Under the pieces are notes generated by a model. That model saw only the letters and a program-made list of their open reading frames with translations. It was not told the DNA's origin and ran no database searches. From contig CDMY01001036.1 of NCBI GenBank assembly GCA_001179505.1, forward strand, positions 1 through 64,000: DNA of 64,000 nucleotides. The letters are read 5' to 3'. The position numbers were made by a program, and so were the translations under genes. This DNA is from Vitrella brassicaformis CCMP3155 (lineage: Eukaryota; Protista; Chromerida). Below, piece by piece: positions 58,732-64,000 of the stretch (within the stretch, counting starts at the first letter, position 1; every line of letters starts with the position of its first letter).

Positions 58732-59164
58732 GCGGTGCGGTGCGTACCTCTCTCACGCTCTCGTATTGAGCGCCGTCCGCCTCCGTCTGAATCATTCCTT
58801 TCCTGAAACTCCTGACCTCCTCTCTGTTCATCGTCCGCTTCTCCCTTTTGGGCTTTGTGTTGGTTGTGGCCTTCGTGTGGGACTCGTAGATCAGGTGTCT
58901 GGTCGTCCCCCTTTCATTTCAACGCTCCCTTTTGGGCCCCACCGGCTCGCACATGTAGGGCGCTCCCTGAAACCGCTACCCCCTACAAGGAAGAGAAGAG
59001 AATTGGAGGAAGAAGGAAGAGAAGAAAGGAATGGCATGATATTGATGCTCAGCGTTCGCATTTGACGTCATATATTTGGTGGCCTTCAAGCCGAGTAGTT
59101 GGAGCTGAGCCGGCATTCGGACACAGAAGGAGGCTGATAGCTCACGCTACACGACAACAGACCA

Positions 59165-61302
59165 ATGGTACGACAGTCAGGGAGTGACGTTTTCCTGCCA
59201 TTCTCTGTCACTGTGTTCGTCTCTGCTTTCGTCTCACTGGTTGTTACAGTTTTCAGCCAACAGGCTGGTATCGACGCTGTCATGGTGTCCGGTGCTGTTC
59301 ATCGTGGCCATTTTTGTCGGAGAAGCCTTCAGCTATCTTTGTAGGCCCACAGAACAGACACTCGCACATAACGCGGAAACACATCCTCTGTCTGTTCTGT
59401 GGTGTGTGGCTGTGTGCGGTGCAGTCATCTTCTGCTACAAGATCTTATGGCTGTACTACGCCAGGGTAAGACGCGCGCACCTGTACCTCCTTGCCTTGGT
59501 TCGTTCATTCAAATGTGCTGGCTGCTGTCTGTGCGTCCGTCCTTTGAAGGAGTGGCAGTCGATAGTGGCCGGCGTCTTCTTCGCCCTTCTGTGGACGCTC
59601 GCTTTCTGGAGCTACATCGCCGCCGCATTCACACGTGTGTACGCACTCACGCAGATATCTATCTGGCAGATGGGTCTCTGTCCGTCTGTCTGTCTGTCTG
59701 TCTGCAGCCCCCGGGTTTCCCCCCGAGGCATGGACGTACTGGGCGCGATTGCGGCAGGAGGAGGCGCAGAAGCCGATGCGGTCGTGGGCACCGGGGCACA
59801 TGGGGTGGTGCCATAAGTGTACAGATGTGCGGCCCGAACGGGCGCACCACTGCTCGGTAGGGAGGGAGGGATAATCACACAGCAGAGGAGAGAGAGTATC
59901 GATATATTGGTTGGCATACAAATGAAGGATATGCATTCATTCATGTGCGTTTGTCGGTCGTGCAGGTGTGTGGTCGGTGTGTTATGCGAATGGACCATCA
60001 CTGTGTGTGAGGGGGGCGGGAAAGAAGAACCACTCATGGAAAAGAGAGGGAGCCCACGGTGTTTGTCGGCCCCGTGTGTGTGTATGATCCGCGTGTAGGT
60101 CCATGGATCGGCAACTGCGTGGGGTTTACCAACCACAAGTAGGTAGCCATGCGTCCGTCACACAGATCTTTTTCATGAATGCAATGCTTTGTGCTGTGTG
60201 TGTGTGTGAGGTTCTTCCTGCTGCTGGGTCTGTGGGGCTCGTTGGTGTGTATATATGTGGTGGCCACCAGCCTGTCGACGTTCCTCGTGGCATTCTCAGA
60301 CATCGGCCTGCTCATCAAAAAAGCGGTAACACGCACACACAGGCAGACAGGCAGACAGGAAGGCGCATGCACACGCGTCTACCGTGTGTGTGTGTGTGTG
60401 TGTCTGCATTCCTCATTGCTGCATCCAGGGTGTTGGGTTGCTGTGGTGGAGTGGCTTCATGCTCGGTGGGCAATCGTGTGACATAGTGCTCTTCTTTCTT
60501 AAGAGCCACACATCAGTTCATGTGTGTGGTGTTGTGTCGCATTGGTCAGCATGCATCTTTGCCGCTGCCTTCGGCATCGCTCTATTCATTGTAAGGCTAT
60601 CGCATCATCGCACCACACACAGACTGATCCATCCAAAGGAGAAGAATCGTCACCATTTCCCTTGGTCGCCTGGCCTGTGTGCAGCTGTTCGTGGGCCATG
60701 TGATCATGGTGCTACAGAACTTTACATCCATCGAAGCGGGCTATCCCGGAAAAGTACACAACAGACACACGCAGAGGCACTGGCCGATTGACTCATCAGC
60801 TGTCTCAACTCAACACCACCTGTCTGTCCTCTTCTTTCTTTCTGCGTTTCAGAATCCCTATAACGTCGGTTGGCGTCAGAACCTCGAGCAGCTGTTCGGC
60901 TCACCTGGTTTTGATTGGCTCGTCCCCATCCGGCCACGACGCCCACTCAGCGACGGCACGTCCTTCCCCACCAACAGCAGATCCCACCCCACATCGCCCA
61001 ACGCCATGCAGATCCATCCACACCCACACCCACACGCCAATGCACACCAAGGTGATGATGAGCGGCCACATGCGGCCGACACGGTCATCCCCATGCCGAC
61101 GAGCGAGGCGTGGTGCGACGGCAGCCTCAGCAGCAGCAAGGGTGACAGGGATGGGTCGCCGCATGCGCGGTTGGGTCCAGGTGTGGATTATGCCGAGAGG
61201 GAGACGGTGGATGGGTCGCCGGTTGGGGCGTCGAGCGAGGAGGGAGGGGTGGGGGTGGAGGGGAGGCGGGAGGTCAACGGGAGGACCATATGCGTGAGAT
61301 AG
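59165..61302 (+). CDS. DHHC palmitoyltransferase
   Basis: Spliced CHKCTDVRPERAHHCS|VCGRCVMRMDHHC|PWIGNCVGFTNHK|FF, TM helices, QNFTSIE, NPYNVGWRQNLEQLFG and WLVP. Confidence 0.93.
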
Positions 61303-61474
61303 ATAGCCGCAGTGGCGGCGATGGCGCTGTTTTTGGAGGGAGGCTTCTTGTCTTTGCGCGCGTGTCTGTATGGGTGTAGACATCTGAATATCCACGCATG
61401 GCAGCACTGTTGGTCGGTGAAGTGTAGATGAGATGGGTCTTATCGTCAGTAAATGCCATCCATCCATTTATCCA

Positions 61475-63560
61475 TCAGGTGGCCGATTGCCAGGACTCAT
61501 TCATCTGCTGCTTCTGCACAAACCACTCGCACACCTCCCGGCAGGTCTCCGCCCACCCGGGCTCATTCAGCAGATCTGCACCCGACCCGATATATCAGCA
61601 GCACCAAGCATAGCATACACACATGACATGCCCCACTGGACTGGACATGGTCAATGTGTTGTGTGTGCACTGCACCTACCATGGTATCCGTCAGGTACGA
61701 TGTGGAGGTTTTTGTCTCGGCTGCCGCACGCACCGTAGAGCAGGTGTGACCCCGCTGGCTGGGTGATGCGGTCCGCCTCGCCATGTAGAAACAACACAGG
61801 ACACCGCACATCCTACACAGACAGACAGACACACAGCAGCGTCAGATCGATGCGTGCGTGTTGCGCCTCCATTTGTCTGTGTGGGTGTGTGTGGTGGCGC
61901 ACGCACCTTTGCCACATCGATTGCCGCATCCGACGCCCGGAGGAACTCATAAGTCGTCCTGTCCAAACAAGACGCAGCGGCATGGTCTATGTGCCGACCA
62001 CGATGGGTCCTTTCTTCACCTGAGCGGCACTGGCCCCAGTTCCACCAACGGGTCTTCGATGTACTGCTCCAAGGCGCAGGGAGTGTGGCACAACGTCGAC
62101 AGATCTAAGCACTTGACACCCAACTGAAACACACACACACAAACCACAGAGACACCAACACGGACACACACACGGCTAATCTGAGTTGCCCTCTCCCCAT
62201 CCATCCATCCATCCATCTCACTGAGGGTGCGATTGTGTGCAGCACGGCTGCAAAAGGGCCCAGCAGGGGGTGCATGGGCTTCCGCAGCATCTCCAGCTCA
62301 GCAGGCCCACGAATTAGGGACCCGATCAGCACAGCAGACGAAAATGCTTCCGGCTCCTGCTCAGAACACAAAGCAAATATTTCGACTCTCACGCACGCGC
62401 CAGCATACACACACGTGACATGCCCTAAATCTCACTTTCGCAAGCACATGTATGCCGATGAGTCCGCCCATGGAGTGAGCCAGCAGGTGGAATGGGGGCA
62501 CATTTGCCCGCGGCTGCAGCTTGGCTGCACCGCTGTCACCATCACCAGAGGCCTCGGGAGGGACCACTCCCGGGCACCGGGATACATACCGGCTGCGGAC
62601 TGCACACACGGGAAAGAAGGCAATCGATCTGAAGTGTGTCAGGCGGGACTGCGGTATGTTTACATACCTGTGTGGACGAGCAGCAGTACGTCCTCTACAA
62701 GCCACTCATAGTTCCATAAGAGCCCCCGCCGGCCCCACGCACTGTCGGACTGCCCATGACCCATGTGGTCCTGCCATACAGCCATCCAGCCATCCAGCCA
62801 TGGGCGGACGGACGGACACCAACCAACCATAGGTGAGGTGAATGACAGTGTGTAGACAGACGTGAGTGAGTGCCCCTTGATTGGATTGAGCCCGGTGGTT
62901 TCGGTCTTTCTTTGCCAGCTCGCCCACCCACCAGTGCAAACACGTCGAGTCCCTGCTGCGTGAGAGCCGTAGCAACGTGCTCGTATCGCCCGCAGTGCTC
63001 AGCTACATACACACACAGACATGACACACACGCACACACACACACGCGCAATTAACGATGCAACCCCTGTCTTACTGCCAGCCTGCCAGCCTGCCTCACT
63101 CAGTACCGTATCCATGTATAATGAAGACGACGCCCTTGGCGAACCCATCCGACTCACCCACCACCCCCTGGGCTGGCCAGAACCTCGTGTGCAGCCACAA
63201 TCCCCTGGGTCGGGAGCCAGCCAAAGAAAGAAGCATTCAGTCGTGACAGAAAAGAGGTAGAGGTAGGTGCCCATCACACGTACTCTCTACGCTTCGGTGG
63301 GCCATTTACCTGCTGTTGACGATGAAGTGAGGCAACATCGTTCCCGGCACCGTTTGCCGTGATGACACCTGCCGGTGTTTCCTTCGCTTCCTCCACGCCG
63401 CAAACAGCCTCAGGAGCCGCCACACGCCCACAGATGCGCTGAGTACGATGAGTAGTTTGCGCCATAGCGGCCGCCTCGTCGGATGGATGAGTGCGACTTC
63501 AGATCTCGGACGTCTGGCTGCAGGGAGCGGATGGGTCAGGCCGTGTGATGCTTCTATCAT
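61475..63560 (-). CDS. Alpha/beta hydrolase, monoacylglycerol lipase/lysophospholipase-like, with N-terminal membrane anchor
   Basis: NSRGLWLHTRFW, KGVVFIIHG, EHCGRY, DHMGHGQS, AHSMGG (Ser), HGEADRIT (Asp) and GYH|DLLNEP (His) give a complete triad. The start codon is tentative. Confidence 0.88.
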
Positions 63561-64000
63561 TGGTTTTGGTCGCTTCCTGCATGGTGAGCTCGCAGCCAAG
63601 CTCGCATTGAAGAGGACCTCCTTTCCACATCTGGCTCAGCTGCTACGGGCGCTGTTGGTGCTTGCTGCAGTCGTTTTATTGAAGACCGCGTCAGCTGCGA
63701 TGGAGCGTCCCGTTCCCCTCCTCTCAGACGGCTCAGTTAGTGCCACAGCTTGACCGAGTGGGTGCTCCCATACTGCCTTGTGTCCTAGAATGCATGGAGC
63801 GAATGACCACCAGACGACATGGCCATGATCTGCATGTATGCGGCCGTCGTTCGCAGCGCATTGCATATCCTCCTCTCTGCTGCATCTGCCCTCTGCGTGC
63901 TGCGTGTTGCGTGTCCGGGTTGCATGTTAGGGTGCCTGTTTCATGTTGGACAGACCGACAGGGGACTTGGCCGTCAGGCCACCTAGGATGCTGCCTGAAA

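Larger units (their letters stand above)
1..64000. repeat. Dispersed intronic and intergenic microsatellites: (CA)n/(GT)n, (GACA)n, (GAGG)n, (CATC)n, (GAAT)n, (GA)n
   Basis: Present in nearly every intron, e.g. 39986-40046, 40150-40270 and 34100-34150. Confidence 0.95.

Noticed and set aside
52729-63560. Lipid-metabolism gene cluster (SDR, DHHC, hydrolase)
   Set aside because: These are common families, interrupted by unrelated genes and not in one known pathway.
1-64000. Numerous antisense or alternate-frame ORFs and poly-CV/HT/TH peptides in the ORF track; CRISPR or prokaryotic defence systems
   Set aside because: They are shadows of GC-rich exons or translations of (CA)n/(GT)n intron microsatellites. 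No repeat-spacer array or operon-like organisation was seen.

Overview
Intron-rich, GC-rich eukaryotic genomic DNA with GT-AG introns full of (CA)n/(GACA)n/(GAGG)n microsatellites and one 300-N gap (30481-30780). A plastid-targeted FabG with a bipartite leader, BTB+TLDc-like proteins and orphan repeat-family genes suggest a chromerid alveolate such as Vitrella brassicaformis; this is inference, not checked. About 25 genes, many in compact head-to-head pairs. Recognisable products: two inverted copies of a DUF2828-type (TROVE-like/vWA) gene, BTB-TLDc, FabG, a C4HC3-finger membrane protein, an RsmG-like methyltransferase, SEC13, BTB with a GW-rich tail, a WD40 protein plus a partial tandem copy, CCCH-WD40, an LSm11-like protein, an SDR, an EGF-like membrane protein, a DHHC palmitoyltransferase and a monoglyceride-lipase-like hydrolase. 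Highlights: (1) an intronless LSm11 (U7 snRNP) homologue outside animals; (2) a 4-exon secreted Cys-rich prepro-peptide that no single ORF in the track captures; (3) a >=2.4 kb inverted duplication bracketing about 10.7 kb of orphan and decayed cargo; (4) telo-box motifs at promoter-like sites. No tRNA, rRNA, CRISPR array or transposase/RT was recognised. All exon joins were assembled by eye, and all family assignments rest on remembered motifs without database searches.
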